Source of the DNA: Longivirga aurantiaca
GTDB lineage: Bacteria; Actinomycetota; Actinomycetes; S36-B12; CAIYMF01
DNA: 22,995 nucleotides
Assembly (NCBI RefSeq): GCF_042660085.1
Contig: NZ_JBHSTI010000029.1
Location: 1 to 22,995 of the forward strand
Direction: 5' to 3'
The number at the start of each line of letters is the position of its first letter. The first letter of the stretch is position 1. Made by a program: the position numbers and the translations under genes. The notes under the pieces were generated by a model. It ran no database searches, had not been told where the DNA came from, and worked only from the letters and a program-made list of their open reading frames with translations. Positions 1-7,712 of the stretch are shown here, piece by piece.

Positions 1-279
1 TCGTTCTTCCGCGTCCGACTGGACCGCGCGACGGAGATGCAGCGGGTCTACCTGCGCGCCATGGCCGAGCTCGGCGCAGCACCGCAGAAGGCGGCCGACG
101 TTGCAGCCCTGCTGGACCGCACGTCGCCGCAGGTGGCACCGACACGCGCTGAGCTCATCGCGATGGGCCTGCTCTACACGCCCGAGCACGGGTACGCCGC
201 CTTCACCGTGCCGCACTTCGACAAGTTCATGAAGCGCGCGATTCCCAACCTGGAAGTCCCGCCGGTTCGACGCCGCTGA
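1..279 (+). CDS. 3' end of an ATP-binding (AAA-type) protein, C-terminal winged-helix-like tail. The gene starts upstream of the window.
   Basis: Frame 1 is open from base 1 (SFFRVRLDRATE precedes the listed Met). The tail ...LIAMGLLYTPEHGYAAFTVPHFDKFMKRAIP matches, from memory, the C-terminal region of a widespread bacterial ATP-binding protein family. Stop is TGA 277-279 and third positions are G/C-rich. Confidence 0.5.
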   Translation, partial: SFFRVRLDRATEMQRVYLRAMAELGAAPQKAADVAALLDRTSPQVAPTRAELIAMGLLYTPEHGYAAFTVPHFDKFMKRAIPNLEVPPVRRR

Positions 280-460
280 GCCCCCCGGCTCGGGGCGCAT
301 CAGCCAAGCCGGCCGAGATCGACTTATGACCTGCCGCTTGCCGCTGGCCAGCCGTAGTTCTCTCGTCCAGGCGCTCTGTCGCCTGTCGGGCGCTGAATCC
401 GCGCACCTTGTGTCGGACCGGGTAGTCGCCCCGGTCGGATGCCGACACAGGGAGCCTCCG

Positions 461-766
461 ATGTTCGTCTCACGCGTTGTCGTCCTGGCAGCCGATCCCG
501 GGATCAGCCCGAACAACGGAGGCCTGCCGGGCCTGTCGGTGCTCAAGCAGATCGTGGGCGCCCTGCTGACATGGGGCCTGGTGGCGTGCGTCGCAGGACT
601 GGTGGTCTCCGTCATCGTCTGGGCGCTCGGGCACCACGGCGGCAACTACTCCCACACCAGCAACGGCAAGACCGGCGTGTTGGTCTCGGCGGGCGGGGCG
701 CTACTGATCGGTGGCGCGAACGCGATCGTGGCGTTCTTCTCCGGCTTGGGCGCGGGGATCGGCTGA
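461..766 (+). CDS. Small two-TM membrane protein, a candidate VirB2/TrbC-like T4SS component (resembles the DUF6112-type proteins of actinobacterial T4SS loci)
   Basis: ATG 461 is preceded by GGGAG (450-454). The 101-aa product has two hydrophobic helices (ALLTWGLVACVAGLVVSVIVWAL and VLVSAGGALLIGGANAIVAFF). Its stop TGA 764-766 shares one base with the next ATG 766. The upstream part of ORF 326..766 lacks an RBS and looks non-coding. Confidence 0.7.
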   Translation: MFVSRVVVLAADPGISPNNGGLPGLSVLKQIVGALLTWGLVACVAGLVVSVIVWALGHHGGNYSHTSNGKTGVLVSAGGALLIGGANAIVAFFSGLGAGIG

Positions 767-1911
767 TGACCGCGCTCCCGGACTTGTGCGCGGGTCCGCT
801 GGACCCGGTGTGCACGGCCGCGACAGGCGTCGTGAACGCGGCGGGGTCGGCGGTGTCGGAGTCGATCCTGGGCGGGCTCGGGGCGGCGTTCGCGACCGCC
901 GCGGAGCAGGTGTCCACCGCGGCGCTCACGGTGCTGGACGCCACGACCGCGGTCGACACCTCCGCGTCGTGGCTGCGGGCGAACGTCGCCGTCCTGGCTG
1001 CGGTGACCCTGCCGGCGGTGGTGGGCCTGTTCGTGCTTCAGGTGCTGACCTCCGTGCTGCGCCGTGAGCCCGGCGGCCTCGCCCGCGCGGTCATCGGGGT
1101 CGGGAAGGCAGTGCTGGGGGCGGGGTTCGCGGTGTTGGTGACGCACTCCGCGCTGCTGGCCACCGATCAGGTGTGCCAGGCGATCGCGGCGGCGTCCGGG
1201 CTGACCGTGCGCGACGCGGCAGCACGGTTCGTCGACCTGACGTGGCTGGCCGGGCCGTCCTCGGGCCCGGTGCTGCAACTGGTCCTCGGCGGCGCGCTGA
1301 TCGTGGGGTTCCTGCTGCTGTGGGGGGTGCTGCTGTTCCGTAAGGCGGCGCTGATCCTGGTCATCGTGTTCGCGCCGGTCGCGTTCGCGGGGCTTGCGTG
1401 GGACCAGACCCGGGTGTGGGCGCGGCGTTGGATCGAGATCGTGGCGGCGCTGGTGCTGTCCAAGGTCGTCATCGTCGTAGTCTTCGTGGTCGGGGCGAGC
1501 GCGTTCTCCGGCACCGGCCCCAACGCTGGCACGGGCAGCGCTCCTGCGTCGGAGACGACGGGGTCGCTGTCGGACCTGCTCGCCGGGCTGCTCCTGCTGT
1601 CGATCGCGGTGCTCGCGCCGTGGCTGACGTGGCGGTTCGTGCACTGGACCGGGATGGAAGCAGCCTCGGTCATGCACGGGGCTGTCGCGGCCGGGCCGAT
1701 CCCGCGCGCCGCACGGGCGACGGGGAACCAGGCCAGGTTCGCGGCCCAGTCCGTCGCCACCGGGATGGTCCTCGGCCCCGGTGGGGCAGCAGCAGGGGCC
1801 GGCACCCGCGCCGCGACGGGTGCCGCCGCGGGGGCGACGTCGCCCTCGAGCGGCCCGGTCTCTCCCCGCCGCCCCGCCGCCAGCGCTGCGGGAGTAGGTG
1901 AGGGGTCGTGA
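766..1911 (+). CDS. Polytopic membrane protein, VirB6/TrbL-like
   Basis: ATG 766 overlaps the previous stop (TGATG). The 381-aa product has multiple long hydrophobic segments (e.g. LILVIVFAPVAFAGLAW, IVAALVLSKVVIVVVFVVGA) and an Ala/Gly/Pro-rich tail. This is the usual position and architecture of VirB6/TrbL in Gram-positive T4SS loci. Confidence 0.72.
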   Translation: MTALPDLCAGPLDPVCTAATGVVNAAGSAVSESILGGLGAAFATAAEQVSTAALTVLDATTAVDTSASWLRANVAVLAAVTLPAVVGLFVLQVLTSVLRREPGGLARAVIGVGKAVLGAGFAVLVTHSALLATDQVCQAIAAASGLTVRDAAARFVDLTWLAGPSSGPVLQLVLGGALIVGFLLLWGVLLFRKAALILVIVFAPVAFAGLAWDQTRVWARRWIEIVAALVLSKVVIVVVFVVGASAFSGTGPNAGTGSAPASETTGSLSDLLAGLLLLSIAVLAPWLTWRFVHWTGMEAASVMHGAVAAGPIPRAARATGNQARFAAQSVATGMVLGPGGAAAGAGTRAATGAAAGATSPSSGPVSPRRPAASAAGVGEGS

Positions 1912-3320
1912 GCGCGCCCGCCGCGACGGTGCGGTTCGGCCGCCTGGAGCGCCGCGGTCTGCTGCTCGGCCTGTCCGGGCCACAGCTCGCCGCCGTGGGC
2001 GCAGCGGCGGCGATCGCGGTGACCACCGAGTACGCCGCGGGCCTGCCCGGGCTCCTTGCCGCTGCTCTCCTGTGGGGCCCGCTGCTCGCGGCGGGCACGG
2101 CATCGGTCCGGGGCCGCAGCGTGATGGGGTGGATCCCGATCGTCGGTGACTGGTGGCTGCGGCGGGCCATCGGTGCGACCCGCCAGCTCCACCGGCTTCG
2201 CGATCCCCGCGCAGCGACGGGTGGGCTCCTGCTGGAGCTGCCGGGGATCCGCACGCCGCTTCCCGTCACGACCGGCTCGAGCGGCGCGGCGCTGGTGAGC
2301 GACCGCACGACGGGGACGGTGACCGCTGTCCTCGCGGTCCGCGGGCGGGGCGTCCTGCTCGCAGACGACGCCGGGTCCACGACGGCGGCCTGGGGGCGGG
2401 TGCTGACGGGGCTCACTCAGTCCCGGGAGATCGTCCGCGTGCAGGTCCTGCACGCCACCGCCCCGGCGGGCGAGTGCGATGTGCGCCGCTGGTGGTCCGA
2501 CCATGCCACCGGTGCGGACGCGCCGTTGCCGGCGCGACTGGTGGCCGACCTGCTCGCCGACGCCGACACGTCGACGACACGGATCACCACCGTGCTCGCG
2601 GTTGCGTTCCGCCGCGGCGGAGCGCACGACGACGTCCAGCCGCTGCTGGGCACGTTCGCGGACACGGTCGCCGCCGGCGGCCTCAAGGTCGAGGGCTGGA
2701 TCGGTCCTCGCCGGCTGTGCGAGCTGATGCGCCGTGCCTACGACCCCGTGGCACTGATCTCCTCTGGTCATATGGTCGCTGAGCGGCAGGCGGACCGGGC
2801 CGGGGTGTGGGGGCCGATGGCGGTTGCGGAGTCGTGGGCGATTCTGCGCACCGACACCGCAGTGCACGCCTCGTACTGGATTTCGGAATGGCCGCGCGCC
2901 GAGGTCGGGATCGAGTTTCTGCAGCCGCTGCTGCTGGCACCCGGCGCGCACCGGACCGTCACGCTGATCGCGGAGCCGCAGCCGTTGCGCGTCGCGGCGC
3001 GGGACATCCGTCGCGCGCGGGTCGACCTCGTCTCCGACTCCGCGCACCGCGCCCGTACCGGCCGTATCGAGGACGAGGCCGCCCGCGCGGAGGCCGACGA
3101 TGTCGCCACCCGCGAGCGCGACTTGGTCGCCGGCCACGGCGACCTGCGGTTCACCGGCCTGGTCACCGTCACCGCCGCCGACGAGGCGGCCCTGGTCGAG
3201 GCGTGCCGTGCGACTGAGGCCGCGGCGGCGCGGGCGATGTGCGAGCTGCGCCCTCTGGTCGGGCAGCAGGCCGCGGCGCACACCGCTGCCGCGCTCCCGC
3301 TCGCGCGGGGGATCCTGTGA
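1908..3320 (+). CDS. SCO6880-family-like T4SS protein with an N-terminal TM hairpin and a large soluble domain (possible VirB3 plus VirB4 N-domain equivalent)
   Basis: GTG 1908 overlaps stop TGA 1909-1911 (GTGA). The N-terminus RFGRLERRGLLLGLSGPQLAAVGAAAAIAV...LLAAALLWGPLLAAG gives two TM helices. The 470-aa size and the position directly before the ATPase are typical of these loci. Confidence 0.7.
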   Translation: MSAPAATVRFGRLERRGLLLGLSGPQLAAVGAAAAIAVTTEYAAGLPGLLAAALLWGPLLAAGTASVRGRSVMGWIPIVGDWWLRRAIGATRQLHRLRDPRAATGGLLLELPGIRTPLPVTTGSSGAALVSDRTTGTVTAVLAVRGRGVLLADDAGSTTAAWGRVLTGLTQSREIVRVQVLHATAPAGECDVRRWWSDHATGADAPLPARLVADLLADADTSTTRITTVLAVAFRRGGAHDDVQPLLGTFADTVAAGGLKVEGWIGPRRLCELMRRAYDPVALISSGHMVAERQADRAGVWGPMAVAESWAILRTDTAVHASYWISEWPRAEVGIEFLQPLLLAPGAHRTVTLIAEPQPLRVAARDIRRARVDLVSDSAHRARTGRIEDEAARAEADDVATRERDLVAGHGDLRFTGLVTVTAADEAALVEACRATEAAAARAMCELRPLVGQQAAAHTAAALPLARGIL

Positions 3321-4663
3321 ACGCCGGCGCGCACCGCACCTCCGGCACCCCGGTGTCGGGGCGCAGGGTCGGGGTGTGGCCGCTGCGGGTCCCGGCCCAC
3401 CGGGCCAGCAGCGCCGTCCTGGCCGGCGCGTACCCGTTCCTGGCCCCGGCCCCGCCCCAGGCCGGGGTCTACATCGGGCCGGACGCGCTCACCGGGGAGG
3501 CGTTCGCGTTCGACCCCTGGGCCCTCTACGCGGCAGGGGAGCTGACCAACCCGAACATGCTCCTGGCCGGGGTCATCGGTCAGGGCAAGTCCGCGCTCGC
3601 CAAGTCACTCGCGCTGCGCTCGCTCGCCGCCGGGCGGCGCGTCTACGTCCCCGGCGACCCCAAGGGGGAGTGGGCGCCTCTGGCAGACGCCGTCGGCGGC
3701 ACCGTCATCCGGATCGGCCCGGGCCTGGCGACCCGCCTCAACCCTCTCGACGCACCGCCCGCGTCGCGAGGTTCCAGGAACTCGAGCGCGACGGTCCTCG
3801 CGGCGGTCGCTGCGACCCTCCTGGGCCGGGACCTCGCCCCGGCCGAGCACACCGCCCTACACGCCGCACTCAACGCCGTCCGTGCGGACGCCGCCCCGAC
3901 GCTGCCGCGGCTCGTCGACGCCCTGGCCGACCCGGACCTTGCTGCAGCGGCCGCGGACCGCACCAACGTCGCCGCCCGGACCCGCGACGGTGCCGACCTC
4001 GTGCATGCACTGCGCCGCCTGACCCGTGGCGACCTCGCCGGCATGTTCGACGGCCCGTCCACCCACCGTCTCGACCCGTCCGCGCCGATGGTGGTTCTGG
4101 ATCTATCGGCGCTCGGGTCCGACGACATCGCCCTGGCCATCGCGATGACGTGTGCGTCGGCGTGGCTGGAGCAGTCCCTCACCACTTCTGGCGACCAGCC
4201 CGGCCCGCGGTGGGTGGTGTACGACGAGGCATGGCGGCTGCTCCGCAGCCCCGCGCTGCTGGGACGGATGCAGGCGCAATGGAAGCTGTCGCGCGCCTAC
4301 GGAATCGCCAACCTGCTGATCCTGCACCGCCTGTCCGACCTCGACGCCGTCGCCGCCACCGGTACCGCCGGGCGCGCGATCGCCGACGGATTGCTCGCCG
4401 ACTGCTCGACCCGCGTCATCTACCGGCAGGAAGCCGACCAGCTCGCTGCTACCGCCCGCGCCCTGGGGCTGACCGGAGCGGAGCGCGAGGTGATCGCGGT
4501 GCTGCCGCGCGGCACGGGGATGTGGAAGCTGCCCGCCCGATCCCACCTGGTCCATCACCGTCTCCACGTCGACGAACTGACCTTGGTGGACACCGACGCC
4601 GCGATGACGGGCACGGCCACGAACCACGCGGCACGGGGCACGGCGACGGGAGGCGCGCGATGA
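3317..4663 (+). CDS. VirB4/TraC-like T4SS ATPase (short form, ATPase domain only)
   Basis: GTG 3317 overlaps stop TGA 3318-3320. Walker A is GVIGQGKSALAKS and Walker B-like is RWVVYDEAWRLL. The 3239 start in the ORF track lies inside the previous gene. Confidence 0.85.
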   Translation: MNAGAHRTSGTPVSGRRVGVWPLRVPAHRASSAVLAGAYPFLAPAPPQAGVYIGPDALTGEAFAFDPWALYAAGELTNPNMLLAGVIGQGKSALAKSLALRSLAAGRRVYVPGDPKGEWAPLADAVGGTVIRIGPGLATRLNPLDAPPASRGSRNSSATVLAAVAATLLGRDLAPAEHTALHAALNAVRADAAPTLPRLVDALADPDLAAAAADRTNVAARTRDGADLVHALRRLTRGDLAGMFDGPSTHRLDPSAPMVVLDLSALGSDDIALAIAMTCASAWLEQSLTTSGDQPGPRWVVYDEAWRLLRSPALLGRMQAQWKLSRAYGIANLLILHRLSDLDAVAATGTAGRAIADGLLADCSTRVIYRQEADQLAATARALGLTGAEREVIAVLPRGTGMWKLPARSHLVHHRLHVDELTLVDTDAAMTGTATNHAARGTATGGAR

Positions 4664-5859
4664 CGCCCGATCCGATGCGCAGCACCGCTGTCATGTCCGA
4701 GGACACGCGCGAGACCGGCGTCGGAGTCCCGGCCGCCGTGCGGCTGGCGGAGCAGGCCACCCTCGGCGCGCTTCTGCTGGCCCCGGACGCGGTCGTCGCC
4801 ATGAGCGGATGGCTGCGCGCGGAGGACTTCGCCGACCCCTGGCACCACACCCTCTACGCCACTATCCGCGAGCTCGACGCCGCCCACCAGCGACCCTCCC
4901 CGGACGTGGTCGCGCAGGCGATGATCGACCGGCACGGCTACCGGATCGCCGACGCACCGCGCATCCTGGACCTGCTCGCCGCAGTCCCGACCCGCCCCCG
5001 CCCCGCCGAGTACGCCGCGGTCGTGCTGGAGGCGTCGCTGCGCCGCCAGGTCGCCTGCCACGGCGTCCTGCTGCAGGCCGCAGCCCTCGCCGCAGCCTTG
5101 GACCGCAGCCCTCGGGTGGTGGAGACGGTCACCGAGCAGATCGACGCTGTCGCCGAGTTGGCCCTTAAGGGGTGGGCAATCGCCACCCGCGCCACCACCG
5201 GCACCGCCGTCCCCGCGCCCGTGTCGCCTCCGTCACCGGTCGGGCTGCTGCCGTCCCTGGTCGGCGCGGACCGGCTCCTGTCCCGGCATCCCCTACCCGA
5301 CCCCGACGCCGTCGCCGACCGCGAGGGCGACCTGACCGCATCCTTGGTCACGCACCCCGACTACCTCGCCGCGGTCACCGGCTGGCTGCGACCCGATGCC
5401 CTCACCAGCGACACGTGGCGCCCGGTCTATGCGGCGCTGGTGGACCTGTACGACACCGGCGCGCCGATCGACCCCGTCACCGTGGCATGGCGCATCGCCC
5501 GCACCGCACCCACCGCCGGACCCGGGCCGAACCCCCGCGACCTCACCGCCATGGTCGAGCACGCCACCGTCCTCGACCCCGCACACGCCGCCACCGCGGT
5601 CGCCGCCGACCAGCTACGCCTGGCCGCGCACCGTACCGCCACAGCGCTCCGCGCCGATGCTGGCAATCTCGGCCTGGACCTGCGCGACCTCCTCGACACC
5701 ACTCTCCTGCACACCCGCGCCCTGCGCCGCGCCGCCGCACCCCTTCACCCCGGTCCGCCCGGCAGCGACGCCGACCACCACGTCCCCATCCCGCTGCCCG
5801 TCATGCGGCGGCAGCGCGCGGGCACGGCCGGTCGACACCTCGCCGTGGTGCCCCGATGA
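4660..5859 (+). CDS. Protein with two tandem DnaB-helicase N-terminal-like domains and no helicase core
   Basis: ATG 4660 overlaps stop TGA 4661-4663 (ATGA). Domain 1 is AEQATLGALLLAPDAVVAMSGWLRAEDFADPWHHTLYATIRELDAAHQRPSPDVV...PAEYAAVVLEASLRRQ. Domain 2 is LTASLVTHPDYLAAVTGWLRPDALTSDTWRPVYAALVDLYDTGAPIDPVTV. Both follow the DnaB N-terminal pattern and there is no Walker motif. The first 520 codons of ORF 3100..5859 are an out-of-frame shadow. Confidence 0.8.
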   Translation: MTPDPMRSTAVMSEDTRETGVGVPAAVRLAEQATLGALLLAPDAVVAMSGWLRAEDFADPWHHTLYATIRELDAAHQRPSPDVVAQAMIDRHGYRIADAPRILDLLAAVPTRPRPAEYAAVVLEASLRRQVACHGVLLQAAALAAALDRSPRVVETVTEQIDAVAELALKGWAIATRATTGTAVPAPVSPPSPVGLLPSLVGADRLLSRHPLPDPDAVADREGDLTASLVTHPDYLAAVTGWLRPDALTSDTWRPVYAALVDLYDTGAPIDPVTVAWRIARTAPTAGPGPNPRDLTAMVEHATVLDPAHAATAVAADQLRLAAHRTATALRADAGNLGLDLRDLLDTTLLHTRALRRAAAPLHPGPPGSDADHHVPIPLPVMRRQRAGTAGRHLAVVPR

Positions 5860-7712
5860 CTCGCCCCCGCGTCGGGGGAACGGGTGCGGGGGCGCGTGTG
5901 GGCGGGTGGGACACCACCGACCTCGGCCTGCTCGCCGTCGGCCTCACCCTCGCCGCCGGGGCGCTCCTGTACGCGGGCGCTACCGCCGCCTGCCTGCTCA
6001 CCGGACGACCAGCCCCCGACGGCGGGATCCTGCCAGCGCTCGCCGCCGTAGGGCGGCCCGTTGAACCAGCCGGTGCATGGCCGCGACCCGAGCAGCTGCC
6101 CGGCCCGATCCCATACTGGGCCGCCACTCTCGCCGTCCTCGCCCTCGCGGCCACCTCGGGGTTCGTCGCCGTACGGTTCGCGCGGCACCTCCTCGACCGG
6201 CATAACCCGTCTACCAGCCGCGGCCGCCTTGCTCACCTGCCGGGGCTCGCCTCACGTCGCGAACTCACCACCGTCGCCGGCGATCGCGCCCTGCGCACCC
6301 GCGCCCGCCACGCCCGCCCCAGCCAACCCGCCACCGCGCCCCCCACCGAGCTCGGATACCTCCTCGGCGCGGCGCACGGCAGCGACCTGTGGTGCTCGGT
6401 CGAGGACTCCGCGCTGCTCCTCGGACCGCCCCGAATGGGCAAGGGCCTGCACGTGGTCATCCCCTGGATCCTCGACGCCCCCGGCGCCGTCGTCGCCACC
6501 TCAACCCGCCCCGACACCCTCGCCGTCACCCACGACCACCGCGCCACGCGCGGCCCGGTCGCGGTGTTCGACCCCCAGCGCCTCGCCGGCCTCCCCGACG
6601 GGCTGCGCTGGTCCCCGGTCCGCGGCTGCCAGCACCCCCGCATCGCCCTGGTCCGCGCCCGCGGCCTCGCCTCGGGCACCGGCATGCACGGATCGGTCTC
6701 CGACGCGGACTTCTGGACCGGCCAGACCGAGACCGCACTGCGCTGCCTGCTGCACGCCGCCGCCCTCGACGACCGGCGCGCCCTGGACCTGTACCGGTGG
6801 TCGCTCAACCCCGTCCTGGCCGAGGACGCCGTCACCGTCCTGACCCGCCACCGCGACGCAGCAGACGGCTGGGCCGACGCCCTCGACGCGATCGTCCACG
6901 CCGACCCCCGCACCCGCGACAGCGTCTGGCTCGGCGTCCGCCAAGCCCTCGCCGCCCTCGCCGACCCCCATGTCCTGCACGCCCTCGACCCCGGACCCGA
7001 CGACCGGTTCGACCCCGAGACCTTCCTCACCGACCGCGGCACCCTCTACCTGCTCGCGTCCGCGGAGTCCTCGGGCACCAGCGCACCCCTGGTCGCCGCA
7101 TTCGTCGAAGACATCACCGAGACCGCCCGCACCCTGGCCGCACGCTCGCCCGGCGCGCGCCTGGACCCGCCGCTGCTGCTCGCCCTCGACGAGATCGCCA
7201 ACCTCACCCCGCTCCCCTCCCTGCCCTCCCTCATGGCCGAAGGCGGCGGGTCCGGCATCACCACCCTCGCCGTCCTGCAGTCCCTCGCCCAGGCCCGGCA
7301 CCGCTGGGGCGAGCACGCCGCCGACACCATCTGGGACGCCGCCACCGTCAAGCTCGTCCTGGGCGGACTGGCCAAGATGCGCGACCTCGACGACGTCTCC
7401 CGTCTCCTGGGCGACATCGACGAAACCACCCGCTCCCAGTCACGCGGCCACGGCGGCGAACGCTCCACCACCACCAGCCTGCGCACCGTTCCGGTCCTGC
7501 CGCCCGCGGTCCTGCGGACCCTTCCCTTCGGCGCCGCCGTGCTCCTGCTCCGGCACGCCCGGCCCGCGATCATCGACCTCGCCCCCTGGCCCAGCCGCCC
7601 GGACGCCGCCGCGCTCAACGCGGGGCAGCGGCGCATCGAAGCCGCCGCCGCCGCTTCAGCCGGCCGTGGGAGCAGCGGTCAACTCGCCGCGCGCGATGGA
7701 GCGGCACGGTGA
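5856..7712 (+). CDS. Type IV coupling protein (TraG/VirD4/TraD family)
   Basis: ATG 5856 overlaps stop TGA 5857-5859. There are two N-terminal TM helices (LGLLAVGLTLAAGALLYAG and YWAATLAVLALAATSGFVAV). Walker A is LLLGPPRMGKGLHVV and Walker B is PLLLALDEIANL. Confidence 0.85.
   Translation: MTRPRVGGTGAGARVGGWDTTDLGLLAVGLTLAAGALLYAGATAACLLTGRPAPDGGILPALAAVGRPVEPAGAWPRPEQLPGPIPYWAATLAVLALAATSGFVAVRFARHLLDRHNPSTSRGRLAHLPGLASRRELTTVAGDRALRTRARHARPSQPATAPPTELGYLLGAAHGSDLWCSVEDSALLLGPPRMGKGLHVVIPWILDAPGAVVATSTRPDTLAVTHDHRATRGPVAVFDPQRLAGLPDGLRWSPVRGCQHPRIALVRARGLASGTGMHGSVSDADFWTGQTETALRCLLHAAALDDRRALDLYRWSLNPVLAEDAVTVLTRHRDAADGWADALDAIVHADPRTRDSVWLGVRQALAALADPHVLHALDPGPDDRFDPETFLTDRGTLYLLASAESSGTSAPLVAAFVEDITETARTLAARSPGARLDPPLLLALDEIANLTPLPSLPSLMAEGGGSGITTLAVLQSLAQARHRWGEHAADTIWDAATVKLVLGGLAKMRDLDDVSRLLGDIDETTRSQSRGHGGERSTTTSLRTVPVLPPAVLRTLPFGAAVLLLRHARPAIIDLAPWPSRPDAAALNAGQRRIEAAAAASAGRGSSGQLAARDGAAR

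Noticed and set aside
646-3281. Long - strand ORFs 646..2103 (485 aa) and 1167..3281 (704 aa)
   Set aside because: These are shadow frames opposite the VirB6-like and SCO6880-like genes. Composition is extremely Arg/Pro/Gly-rich and there are no motifs. The + strand genes have TM helices and an overlapping stop/start chain.
3100-7708. N-terminal extensions of the + ORFs 3100..5859, 5172..7712 and 6389..8881 (and 3239..3316, 439..765, 8833..8877)
   Set aside because: The extensions overlap the preceding, motif-bearing genes out of frame and are Arg/Pro-rich. In every case a start codon sits exactly on the previous gene's stop (ATGA/GTGA/TGATG), and recognisable protein sequence begins there.
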